A stretch of DNA of 64,000 nt from Bacteroidota bacterium (GTDB taxonomy: Bacteria; Bacteroidota; Bacteroidia; UKL13-3). Made by a program: the position numbers and the translations under genes. Positions 1 to 8,639 of this stretch are shown here, piece by piece (position 1 is the stretch's first letter; every line of letters starts with the position of its first letter). The DNA is taken from positions 21,018-85,017 of the forward strand of contig CANKQY010000002.1 of the NCBI GenBank assembly GCA_947485745.1. Reading direction: 5' to 3'. Under the pieces are notes generated by a model. The model had not been told where the DNA came from. It searched no databases and worked only from the letters and a program-made list of their open reading frames with translations.

Positions 1-336
1 CTCATTTAAACTTTTAGATTCTGGCTCCAAATCAACGTTAAAAGATTGGATATTACCTGTGCTTATTACAACATTGAAGATGGTTTTGCCCACATAACCA
101 ACATATTGAAATTTGATATTATAGGATTTTGGAGGAATATTTTTAATAATAAACCTGCCCTCTGCATTTGTGCTAGCACCAATTGTTGTTCCTTCTAAAA
201 ATACTGTTGCGCCTATTAAAGCCTCTTGAGAATTTTTATCCTGAACCAAACCAATGATTTCACTGGTATTTTGTGCAAAGGTTTTGCTAAGATAAAAAAC
301 GAAAAGGGCAAGAATTAAAAAAAAGTTACGTAACAT
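1..336 (-). CDS. TonB-dependent receptor family protein, N-terminal fragment (gene continues past the left edge)
   Basis: Not in the ORF track because it is truncated. Hand translation from ATG at 336-334 gives MLRNFFLILALFVFYLSKTFAQNTSEIIGLVQDKNSQEALIGATVFLEGTTIGASTNAEGRFIIKNIPPKSYNIKFQYVGYVGK..., open to base 1. This is a signal peptide followed by a carboxypeptidase-regulatory-like beta-sandwich, typical of Bacteroidota TonB-dependent receptors. Confidence 0.6.
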   Translation of the reverse strand, partial: MLRNFFLILALFVFYLSKTFAQNTSEIIGLVQDKNSQEALIGATVFLEGTTIGASTNAEGRFIIKNIPPKSYNIKFQYVGYVGKTIFNVVISTGNIQSFNVDLEPESKSLNE

Positions 337-544
337 TTTAAACAATTTAAATTTAATAATCTTAATCATTTATAACAAAATAAGATTAAGATTTGTTTTT
401 TTGACCAAACAACAATTGGTGAGATTTAATTATATGTTGCGCCTATATTTGCTTTAAAGAAAGGTATTAAGGCAAATTTTAAACAAGACAGATGTATTAT
501 ATTTAAAGCCACTAAATGATAACTTTTGTAAAATACTAAAGAAT

Positions 545-2017
545 TTGAAAAAGAAGGTAATAATTATAGGAGCTGGAGTGGGAGGCTTAGCCACAGCCAT
601 TCGTTTATCGCATGCTGGTTTTACAGTTGATATTTTTGAATCCAATGAATATCCTGGTGGTAAACTAAGTGATTTTGTTCAAGGTAATTATCGTTTCGAT
701 GCAGGTCCTTCTTTGTTTACCTTACCTCACTTGGTTCAAGAATTATTGTTGTTGGCAAAAATATCTGCGCAAGATTTTCCTGTAATAAAATTAGAAAAAG
801 GTTGTCATTATTTTTACGATGATGGAATTAGGTTGAATGCCTATCATGATCAGAAGCTATTTGGAGAAGAGCTACAAAAGAAACTTGGAGTTGACCCTCA
901 AATTGTATTTGACTATTTAAGCAGCGCCCAAAAAAAATATGAATCAACAGCGCCACTTTTTTTAGAATCAAGTCTACATTTACCGAAGACCTATTTTAGT
1001 AAAAAAACGCTTAAAGGGATATTGGCTATGCCTTCATTGAATCTGTTTGAGACAATGAATCAACAAAATGTGCGCGATTTAAAGAACCCGCATTTGGTTC
1101 AATTTTTTAATCGATTTGCTACTTATAATGGCTCTAATCCATTTGTTGCTCCTGCAATTCTGAATATGATTCCGCATTTAGAACATGGTATTGGCACCTT
1201 TTTTCCTAAGCATGGAATGATTCAAATTACAAATTCTTTGATGGCTGCCGCTGAAAAATTAGGGGTAAACTTTCATTTTAATAAAAAGGTTAATGCCATT
1301 AAAGTGGAAAGTGGAAGAGTAAAAGGAATTGGTGTAGATGAAAAAATTATATTGGCTGATTTAGTTGTTTCTAATATGGATGTTCACCCTACTTATCGAA
1401 AATTACTCTCGGATCAAAAAGCTCCTGAGGGGTTATTGGCTCAAGAAAAGTCGTCGTCTGCTATTATTTTTTATTGGGGTATCAAGCACCAGTTTAGTGA
1501 AATGGATCTTCACAACATTTTCTTTAGTTCAAATTATGAAGAGGAATTTGATTATATTTTTAAAAGAAAAGAGCTTTACAATGATCCTACTATTTATGTA
1601 AATATTAGTAGCAAATATTTGCCCTCAGATGCGCCAGCGAATTGTGAAAACTGGTTTGTAATGATAAACGTTCCCGGTAACATAGGACAAGATTGGGACG
1701 ATTATATTGCAAGGGCGAGAGTTAATATTTTGGCTAAGTTGAGTAGATTATTGAAGCAGTCAATTGAGCCATTAATTGAAAACGAATCGGTTTTAGACCC
1801 GAGGTTAATAGAAAGTAAAACTTCCAGTTTTGGTGGTGCGTTATATGGAAATGCAAGTAACAATAGGTATGCAGCTTTTTTAAGACACGCTAATTTTTCT
1901 AGTAAAATAAAGGGTTTGTATTTCTGTGGCGGAAGTGTGCATCCTGGAGGTGGAATTCCACTTTGCCTGAGTTCTGGTAAAATTGTTTCAGAAATAATAC
2001 TAGAAAGGGAAGCTTAA
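545..2017 (+). CDS. FAD-dependent oxidoreductase, CrtI-family phytoene/carotenoid desaturase
   Basis: 490-aa ORF. N-terminal dinucleotide-binding motif VIIIGAGVGGLATA...ESNEYPGGKL. C-terminal GGSVHPGGGIP motif characteristic of CrtI/CrtD-type desaturases. TTG start as in the track. Confidence 0.8.
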   Translation: MKKKVIIIGAGVGGLATAIRLSHAGFTVDIFESNEYPGGKLSDFVQGNYRFDAGPSLFTLPHLVQELLLLAKISAQDFPVIKLEKGCHYFYDDGIRLNAYHDQKLFGEELQKKLGVDPQIVFDYLSSAQKKYESTAPLFLESSLHLPKTYFSKKTLKGILAMPSLNLFETMNQQNVRDLKNPHLVQFFNRFATYNGSNPFVAPAILNMIPHLEHGIGTFFPKHGMIQITNSLMAAAEKLGVNFHFNKKVNAIKVESGRVKGIGVDEKIILADLVVSNMDVHPTYRKLLSDQKAPEGLLAQEKSSSAIIFYWGIKHQFSEMDLHNIFFSSNYEEEFDYIFKRKELYNDPTIYVNISSKYLPSDAPANCENWFVMINVPGNIGQDWDDYIARARVNILAKLSRLLKQSIEPLIENESVLDPRLIESKTSSFGGALYGNASNNRYAAFLRHANFSSKIKGLYFCGGSVHPGGGIPLCLSSGKIVSEIILEREA

Positions 2018-2018
2018 C

Positions 2019-3149
2019 TTAATGTTTTTTATTAAATTTAAAATCGCCTCTATAAACCAAATACAAGGAATAGCTATAATCAAAAATCTCATTGTTCAAA
2101 TCATAAACTGGTTCAAACCTGGCCGAAGCAATAATGGGTGATTTAAATAAGGTCTTGTTATGGATAATCCTAAAAAACAACAGCTGCCTGTTTTTTTCGT
2201 AATAGCTTGCATCAACATTTCCTCTGCTTTGGTAAAAATTTGTTCCCCTTGGTGCAATGAAATCTGTCCCATTCCAATAACTAAAAATAAAATCAGTAGC
2301 ACCTTGCTTCAACCCTGCATTCGCCATTAAGCCATTGCCTGTTTTTTGAGGGTATATTTTACTATCGCTGGTTTCTTGGTAATGTAGGTAAGCAATATCT
2401 AAATAAACACTTTTATTGCCATTAATTTGTTTTGAAATTTTAAGGCCAACTGCAGCGTTAAACTGCATCATAAAAGGGCTAATAGTATCAGCATCTATTT
2501 GGCCTCCCTGATGTGATGCCATTAGCTGAAAATAGGGAATTAAATTACTTTTTTCTGCTATTTTCCATATCTGTTTGCTGTGAAATCCGGCGGTGAACCT
2601 CTCTTTATTGAATTCGTTCGGTTGAATAAAATTTTCCCAGTTAATCCAAATATCTAAGAATCTTTTATTTGTTTCAACTTTAAACTGAAAACCATTTTCA
2701 ATTCGATTGTTGATCACACTATTTATATCAAACATAGGCTCCAAAATGCCATGACTTAAAGCGCCCTCTAAGGTTCCAAAAATCATTTCCATGTAGTTTT
2801 TTTTCGCTTTGACTGAGAAAGTTGGTAAAACCTCTGTAAATGGGTTGTTTCCTCCAAAATCATGGCGAATCCAAGTGCCTGCTTCTATTTTTACATTGGG
2901 CGCTGGTTGGTAAGTAAATTTTGGTTGTAATTGATAGCCAAATAATGTTCTTCCCTCTTCAATACGACTAAAATACTCTGTATTTCGCATATAATTGGTA
3001 TTAACAATACTAAAACCAAAAATACCAGAATCGGTTGAATTTAAGCTAATTTTATCTGTAATTACCTCATTGGGCAGCTGAGCTTTTAACTGGTAACAAA
3101 TACCCAATACCAAAAACAAAAGTTGAATTGCTTTCCTTTTCATTTCCAC
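2019..3149 (-). CDS. hypothetical secreted / outer-membrane beta-barrel-like protein
   Basis: 376-aa ORF with an N-terminal signal peptide (KAIQLLFLVLGICYQLKAQ). Sequence is rich in alternating aromatic/polar residues. I recognise no family. Confidence 0.45.
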   Translation of the reverse strand: MEMKRKAIQLLFLVLGICYQLKAQLPNEVITDKISLNSTDSGIFGFSIVNTNYMRNTEYFSRIEEGRTLFGYQLQPKFTYQPAPNVKIEAGTWIRHDFGGNNPFTEVLPTFSVKAKKNYMEMIFGTLEGALSHGILEPMFDINSVINNRIENGFQFKVETNKRFLDIWINWENFIQPNEFNKERFTAGFHSKQIWKIAEKSNLIPYFQLMASHQGGQIDADTISPFMMQFNAAVGLKISKQINGNKSVYLDIAYLHYQETSDSKIYPQKTGNGLMANAGLKQGATDFIFSYWNGTDFIAPRGTNFYQSRGNVDASYYEKNRQLLFFRIIHNKTLFKSPIIASARFEPVYDLNNEIFDYSYSLYLVYRGDFKFNKKH

Positions 3150-3533
3150 AATTATAGTAAAAATGTGAAGCCTATTTTTAAAATATATACTTCTGGAGTC
3201 TTTATATGATTTAAAATTTATAGCAGAATTAAATGAATAAATGCTTAGTGAGCGTAATTTTTAAAATGTTGGCTAATTGGTAAAGAGTTAATAATATTGG
3301 AGGTATTAAATATAGGTGCTACTAATTTATTCGGGCTGTTGGCAGCATTAGCCTTGTTGCAGGTAGGAATTGTTAACCCTCCAATTAGTAGTATGTTTAA
3401 TGTAAAAAAATTAATTGATTTCATAGGTTTTGGTATTTAAACATATGAAACGAAACAAAAGCGCAAAAGTTATACGCACATAAAAGAATTATGAATGTAA
3501 CAAATAATTAGATGAAGCTCATTTTAACCTCGA

Positions 3534-3559
3534 TGAAACAATTATTTTACACCAACGTT
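3534..3559 (+). promoter_or_regulatory. candidate ECF-type (autoregulated) promoter: TGAAAC-N16-CGTT
   Basis: TGAAAC at 3534-3539, a 16-nt spacer, then CGTT at 3556-3559, just upstream of the ECF sigma gene. Resembles the GAAC / CGT architecture of group-4 sigma promoters. Confidence 0.35.
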
Positions 3560-3576
3560 AAACCATTTCCTTTAAT

Positions 3577-4164
3577 TTGTATCCAATAGTTTTAGTGTTT
3601 AAAGTGAGTAATGAACTAAGCGATAAAGATTTGATTTTGCAGTTTAAAATGCCAGCTACCAAGCAGGCCGCTTATAAACTGTTGTTGTCTCGATATGGCA
3701 GAAAAGTTTATTGGCAAGTTAGGAGGATTGTGGTTAATCATGACGATGCGGATGACGTGGTTCAAAACACTTTTATTAAAGTTTGGGAAAAACTAGACGA
3801 ATTTAGGGAAGCGAGTCAATTATATACTTGGTTGTACAGAATTGCCACCAACGAGGCTTTGGCGTTTTTGCAAAAGAAAAAGGCCAGCTTAAACATCAGT
3901 ATGGAAAGTTTGCAAGAGCAGCTTGGAGAGCAATTGGTTTCTGATGCCTATTTTAATGGAAACAAATTGGAGTTGTTATTGCAGCAAGCAGTTCTGAGTC
4001 TCCCAGAAAAGCAACGTTTGGTTTTTAATATGAAATATTATGAGCAAATGAAGTATGAGGAAATTGAAGCAATTCTTGGAACCAGCGTTGGCGGATTAAA
4101 AGCGTCTTATCATATTGCTGTTAAGAAAATTGAAGAAATTGTAAAAAAGAGTTTAAACCATTAG
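3577..4164 (+). CDS. RNA polymerase sigma-70 family, ECF subfamily sigma factor
   Basis: Region 2 (DADDVVQNTFIKVWEKLDEFREASQLYTWLYRIATNEAL) and region 4 (LPEKQRLVFNMKYYEQMKYEEIEAILGTSVGGLKASYHIAVKKI). The start is uncertain: TTG 3577 in the track, with in-frame GTG 3604 as an alternative. Confidence 0.85.
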   Translation: MYPIVLVFKVSNELSDKDLILQFKMPATKQAAYKLLLSRYGRKVYWQVRRIVVNHDDADDVVQNTFIKVWEKLDEFREASQLYTWLYRIATNEALAFLQKKKASLNISMESLQEQLGEQLVSDAYFNGNKLELLLQQAVLSLPEKQRLVFNMKYYEQMKYEEIEAILGTSVGGLKASYHIAVKKIEEIVKKSLNH

Positions 4165-4186
4165 ACAAAAATTGCATCTAAATACC

Positions 4187-4714
4187 ATGGATCAAGAAAT
4201 TAAAAACAGCGAATTGTTTCTTAAAAATCTTCCAGTTTCTGGTGGTTTTGAGGCGCCTATTGGCTATTTTGAACTATTAGAAATGCAATTGGCTAAAGAT
4301 TTGGATCAAACCGAAATAAATGGAGTATTAGGTAAAAGCATTTTTGAGGTACCAGCCAATTATTTTGAAAGCTTGAATCAAAATATTTTGCAAAAAACAA
4401 TCGGTTCAGAGGCTAAAAAGATTCCTGTTTTTAGGCAAGCAAAATTATATTGGCTCACAGGAATTGCGGCATCGGCCTTATTAGTTTCTTTATTGTTTTT
4501 TGTTGAAACAAATAAGAAAGTACCTATCACTTTGAACGGAGAAATTAGTGAGGAAGAAATTGCAGAACAACTAAATATTGGAGATTTAAATGAAGCATTT
4601 TTGTGTGATGCAGGTTGGTGTGTTGAGTTAGAGAAGTTAGATAGCAAACTTAATGAAGTAGAAGAGGACTTGTTAATGAATAGCGAAGAAGGATTAATTA
4701 TTGAAGAGTTATAA
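4187..4714 (+). CDS. putative membrane-anchored anti-sigma factor (positional call)
   Basis: Lies immediately downstream of the ECF sigma gene. Single central TM helix (LYWLTGIAASALLVSLLFFV) and an acidic C-terminus. Start moved to the in-frame ATG at 4187. No recognisable zinc-finger anti-sigma motif. Confidence 0.4.
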   Translation: MDQEIKNSELFLKNLPVSGGFEAPIGYFELLEMQLAKDLDQTEINGVLGKSIFEVPANYFESLNQNILQKTIGSEAKKIPVFRQAKLYWLTGIAASALLVSLLFFVETNKKVPITLNGEISEEEIAEQLNIGDLNEAFLCDAGWCVELEKLDSKLNEVEEDLLMNSEEGLIIEEL

Positions 4715-5169
4715 TGAGCGTTAAAATGAAAAAGCAACTAATGATAATCTGCCTATGGGCAATTGGATGTGTAGGCATTGTGTCTGCCCAAAAGGCAGGT
4801 GTTCCTAACAGAGAAAAAATTGAAGCCATGAAAGTTGGTTTTATTACTCAAAAGCTTGATTTAACAACTGAGGAGGCGCAAAAATTCTGGCCAGTTTACA
4901 ATCGATTTGCGGAAGAAATGGAAAAAAGTCGCAAAGATTTTAGAGGTAAAATGATGGAGGAAGTTAAAGACGTTGACCTCATGACTGAGGCAGAAGCAAA
5001 TAAAGCATTAAACGACATGATAGCTTACAAAACCTCCGAAGTTGAATTGCTTAAAAAGTATAACCAAGAGTTTAAGAAAGTACTTCCAACTAAAAAAGTT
5101 GTAAAACTATTTGTGGCCGAACAGGAGTTTAAGCGCGAGTTATTGAGGAAGCTCAAGTCGCAAAAGTAG
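4714..5169 (+). CDS. periplasmic helical protein commonly linked to Bacteroidota ECF sigma operons (Spy/CpxP-like)
   Basis: Start overlaps the upstream stop (ATAATGA). Signal peptide followed by Lys/Glu-rich helical repeats (LTTEEAQKFWPVYNRF..., LMTEAEANKAL...). Confidence 0.45.
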   Translation: MSVKMKKQLMIICLWAIGCVGIVSAQKAGVPNREKIEAMKVGFITQKLDLTTEEAQKFWPVYNRFAEEMEKSRKDFRGKMMEEVKDVDLMTEAEANKALNDMIAYKTSEVELLKKYNQEFKKVLPTKKVVKLFVAEQEFKRELLRKLKSQK

Positions 5170-5317
5170 TATTTCCTTTTTTTGAGCGAAATTCCTAAGT
5201 TTTTTAATCAAGGACTTTTACCAAATGATGTGGCGCTTATACATGTGTCTCCGCCAGAAAAGCTTTGTATAGTTTTTCTGCTTTTTTTTGCGAATTTTGA
5301 AGAATCGTAGTTTGGCA

Positions 5318-5824
5318 ATGGTAAAAATTTCTAATTTATTCATCGGGTTGGTTTTTCCTTTGCTTCTTCTTAATAGTTGCAACAAGCGCTATATAAATTT
5401 TAGCAAAGTAAATGCTATTCAAAAGAGGGGCGCTGTTGTCCTTCAAATTGAGAATATTTCACCAGAGAAAATATCAAAGAATTTTGAAAGAGAGATTGAA
5501 AAGTATTGCATCAAACGATTGGCAAAAGAAGGATATAATTGTACCAATAAAAACCCTAAGTATCTTTTGGTGTTAACCATAAAGGTTGACTCATCTTTTA
5601 ACCATGGCTTGGCATATACAGGCCCTGGAGTAAATTATTATGCCTATTCAAGAATGAGTAAAGGAATTGAATTATACATGGAAGCAAAGTATATGCAAAC
5701 AGAAAGAGTTGTTTGGGAGGATAAATATGAACTTTATTATTTTGACGACCTTAATAGAGATTTATCTCGAACCAAAGGCGTAATTAAATACATGCTTTCA
5801 GGAATTAATGATGAAAACAAATAA
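5318..5824 (+). CDS. hypothetical lipoprotein
   Basis: Signal peptide with a lipobox-like LLLNSC. Start moved to ATG 5318 (MVKISNLF...) from the TTG in the track. Confidence 0.5.
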   Translation: MVKISNLFIGLVFPLLLLNSCNKRYINFSKVNAIQKRGAVVLQIENISPEKISKNFEREIEKYCIKRLAKEGYNCTNKNPKYLLVLTIKVDSSFNHGLAYTGPGVNYYAYSRMSKGIELYMEAKYMQTERVVWEDKYELYYFDDLNRDLSRTKGVIKYMLSGINDENK

Positions 5825-5833
5825 GCAGTAAGC

Positions 5834-6142
5834 ATGAAAAAACACAAATCATTGAAAGAATTTTACCCCCATTATTTAAAAGACCATCAAAACTATATTT
5901 GTAGGGTGCTTCATTTTATAGGCACCACCTTGTTTTTTGTGGTTATAATGGGTGCATTTCTATTTCACAAATTGAGCTTGTTGTGGCTTTGTCCAATATT
6001 TGGGTATGGTTTTGCTTGGGCTGGTCATTTCTTTTTTGAGAAAAACAAGCCCGCTACTTTTCAATATCCACTCTATAGTTTATTGAGTGATTTTAAATTG
6101 TATTTTGAAATAATTGCAGGAAAAGAAAAATTTAATCCCTAG
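5834..6142 (+). CDS. DUF962 (Mpo1-like) family membrane protein
   Basis: 102 aa. YPHYLKDHQNYICRVLHFIGT...FGYGFAWAGHFFFEKNKPATFQYPLYSL matches the conserved DUF962 pattern. Confidence 0.7.
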   Translation: MKKHKSLKEFYPHYLKDHQNYICRVLHFIGTTLFFVVIMGAFLFHKLSLLWLCPIFGYGFAWAGHFFFEKNKPATFQYPLYSLLSDFKLYFEIIAGKEKFNP

Positions 6143-6171
6143 TTTCATATAAAATTTAAAACAGTAGTAAG

Positions 6172-7020
6172 GTGATTAATTATAATCCTAAGGAATGGTT
6201 TGGTTTAATTTTTAAGTTTCACAAAAGTGATACTTTTAGAAAGCTTTTTTGGGTAATAATTTGTATTGCTATTTACTCATATTTAATGGCCTATTTTGAA
6301 ATAGAAGTGCTTCAACTTAGGTTCAAATCTACAGCTGCTCTGCATACTATTTTGGGTTTTGTTTTATCTATTTTGTTAGTATTTAGAACCAATACTGCAT
6401 ATGACAGGTGGTGGGAGGGAAGAAGGTTATGGGGCCGTTTGGTAAATGACTCTAGAAGTTTGGCATTGAAGCTTAACAGCATTTCCTCGGTTAAAAGCCA
6501 CCCAGTTTTCCCCCAATTGATAAATTATTTAGTGCAATATCCTCCTGTTCTTTCTCTTCATCTTAGAAATAAAAAAATAGAGGATTCACAAATTCCTAGA
6601 GATTGCCACCAACCCAATTTTATAGAGGGTAGAATTTTATTCTGTTTGAACCAATTAAGAGAAGATGGCTGTTTAAATGATACTTTGCTTTTATGGTTGA
6701 ACGAAGAAATACGAGCTTATTCAGAAGTTTGTGGTGCTTGCGAACGCATTAAAAATACCCCAATCCCTTATAGTTACAGCCTCTTTTTAAAGAAGTTTAT
6801 TTTCGTTTATATTATGACCATGCCTTATGGTTTTATTGGAGAGTTTAGATATGGAGTAACCATTGCGGTAAGTTTTGTTTTTTATGTCTTGGCTAGTCTG
6901 GAACTGATTGCTGAGGAAATTGAAAACCCATTTGGTGAGGATGCCAATGATTTAAGTTTGGATGAAATAGCAAAATCGATAGAATGTAACATCAAAGAAA
7001 TTGTTAAATCTCAAAACTAA
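6172..7020 (+). CDS. bestrophin-family (UPF0187/YneE) anion channel
   Basis: 282 aa. The hallmark FRTNTAYDRWWEGRRLWG motif follows two TM helices. GTG start. Confidence 0.8.
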   Translation: MINYNPKEWFGLIFKFHKSDTFRKLFWVIICIAIYSYLMAYFEIEVLQLRFKSTAALHTILGFVLSILLVFRTNTAYDRWWEGRRLWGRLVNDSRSLALKLNSISSVKSHPVFPQLINYLVQYPPVLSLHLRNKKIEDSQIPRDCHQPNFIEGRILFCLNQLREDGCLNDTLLLWLNEEIRAYSEVCGACERIKNTPIPYSYSLFLKKFIFVYIMTMPYGFIGEFRYGVTIAVSFVFYVLASLELIAEEIENPFGEDANDLSLDEIAKSIECNIKEIVKSQN

Positions 7021-7600
7021 CATTACTAACTTACTTCCTGTGGATGGAATTTGCAGTTTGCAAGATGCTTTTTATGCTCAAGAAAGGGCAAATGAGTTGT
7101 ATAGGATATTGATGCTTGAAGTAGATTGGAAGCAATACTCCATTAAAATATTTGGCAAAATTATACCGCAACCTAGACTAACAGCCTGGTATGGCGAAAA
7201 AGGGGCTGCCTATTCTTATTCCGGGATTCAATTGGAGCCCATTCCTTTTACGCCATTAATTGAACAAATAAAAGCCGACATTGAAGCCCTTTCTGGATAT
7301 AAATTCAACAGTGTTTTACTTAATTTATATCGCAACCAAAACGATAGTATGGGATGGCACAGCGACGATGAAAAGGAACTTGGCCCCGATCCTAAAATAG
7401 CCTCAGTGAGCCTAGGATCACGCAGAATGTTCCAGTTAAAACACAAAACTCAGAAACAAATGAAATTAAAAGTGCACTTAAATAATGGAAGCTTGCTTTT
7501 AATGGAAGGAACAATGCAACACCATTGGCTGCATGCAATTCCTAAATCAACACAAGAATCAAGGCCAAGAATAAACCTTACTTTTAGAAAAATTTTATAA
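7001..7600 (+). CDS. alpha-ketoglutarate/Fe(II)-dependent dioxygenase, AlkB family
   Basis: PRLTAWYG, GWHSDDE (HxD iron ligands), second His in HHWLHAIP and RINLTFR. TTG start overlaps the bestrophin gene end by 20 nt. Confidence 0.8.
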   Translation: MLNLKTNITNLLPVDGICSLQDAFYAQERANELYRILMLEVDWKQYSIKIFGKIIPQPRLTAWYGEKGAAYSYSGIQLEPIPFTPLIEQIKADIEALSGYKFNSVLLNLYRNQNDSMGWHSDDEKELGPDPKIASVSLGSRRMFQLKHKTQKQMKLKVHLNNGSLLLMEGTMQHHWLHAIPKSTQESRPRINLTFRKIL

Positions 7601-7705
7601 AAACTTGCAGGCTAAGTTATCTTACATGGTAATAACAGCATTACCAACCCAGGTTATTATTATCAAAAGGCATTTAAAATAAGAAGCAGATATTTGAAAG
7701 GATGT

Positions 7706-8500
7706 TTATAAATCCATTGCCGAAGCAACTAATTCAGCGACGTCTTTAATCACAATTTCAGCCTCTTTATTATGGTGCTTTATTCCATCTCTGAGCATAG
7801 TCATGCAAAAAGGGCAAGCAGCAGCCACCACATTTGCTTGTGTTTCCAACATGTCATCGGCTCGTTCAATATTTACTTCCTTTATGCCCGATTCAGCTTC
7901 CTTAAACATTTGAGCTCCCCCAGCTCCGCAGCATAAACCGTTTGCCTTACTGCGTTTCATTTCAATAAAAGCGGCATCTAGTTTTTCAATAATTTCTCTT
8001 GGAGCCTCATAAATATTATTTGATCTACCTAAATAGCAGCTATCATGGTAAGTTATTCTTTGTCCTTTAAAACCCCCACCTTGAATGCTAATTTTCCCAT
8101 CATTTAAGAGTTGGTTAATAAGTGTAGTATGATGTAAAATCTCATAGGTACCCCCAAGTGCTGGGTATTCATTTTTAATGGTATTGAAACAATGAGGACA
8201 GGCAGTTACAATTTTCTTGACCCCATAAGCATCTAGTGTTGCAATATTTTGCATGGCCATCATTTGAAATAGGAACTCATTTCCTGCCCGTTTAGCAGGA
8301 TCTCCTGTACAAGCCTCCTCGGTTCCAAGAATGGCAAATTTAAGGCCAGCAGCATGCAAAATTTTTGCAACGGCTTTGGTTATTTTTTGCGCTCTCTCGT
8401 CAAAACTCCCTGCACAGCCAACCCAAAACAAAATTTCAGCCTCTTCTCCATTGGCCGCCAATTCAGCCATTGTGCGTACCCTAAATTCACTCATGTTCAT
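7706..8500 (-). CDS. (Fe-S)-binding protein with two CCG cysteine-rich domains (HdrD/GlcF/LutA-like)
   Basis: Two copies of the CxxC...CCG-like...CPxC pattern: WVGCAGSF...CTGDP...CPHC and SCYLGR...LCCGAGG...CPFC. Confidence 0.75.
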   Translation of the reverse strand: MNMSEFRVRTMAELAANGEEAEILFWVGCAGSFDERAQKITKAVAKILHAAGLKFAILGTEEACTGDPAKRAGNEFLFQMMAMQNIATLDAYGVKKIVTACPHCFNTIKNEYPALGGTYEILHHTTLINQLLNDGKISIQGGGFKGQRITYHDSCYLGRSNNIYEAPREIIEKLDAAFIEMKRSKANGLCCGAGGAQMFKEAESGIKEVNIERADDMLETQANVVAAACPFCMTMLRDGIKHHNKEAEIVIKDVAELVASAMDL

Positions 8501-8639
8501 TGTTTAATGCGTTTTATCGTTTGCCCAATAGCCTTGCAATATTCTACTACGATATTAATGAAAACTTTTAAAAAAATAGAGGAGGATTTTTCTTACTGGG
8601 AATACAATACACAAAGCCTTATCTTCGTTACCTTCTTTT

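Noticed and set aside
3245-3424. 59-aa minus-strand ORF (MKSINFFTLNILLIGGLTIPTCNKANAANSPNK...) in the gap between the OM protein gene and the ECF sigma gene
   Set aside because: It has a signal-peptide-like N-terminus and a possible lipobox. There is no recognisable family and no way to test conservation here. The evidence is too weak to call a gene. It is worth checking by comparative genomics.
4378-4737. 119-aa minus-strand ORF. Similar nested or antisense ORFs occur at 454..645, 1365..1601, 2096..2302, 7228..7446, 8354..8665, 8666..8932, 8686..8913, 9126..9443, 12242..12439, 12961..13170, 13328..13513, 14974..15216, 15048..15281, 15385..15570, 15705..16004, 16954..17253, 17231..17545, 17643..17933 and 17671..17874
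   Set aside because: Each overlaps a longer ORF that has clear family motifs. They show no motifs of their own, and their Ser/Ile/Phe-rich composition is consistent with non-coding frames.
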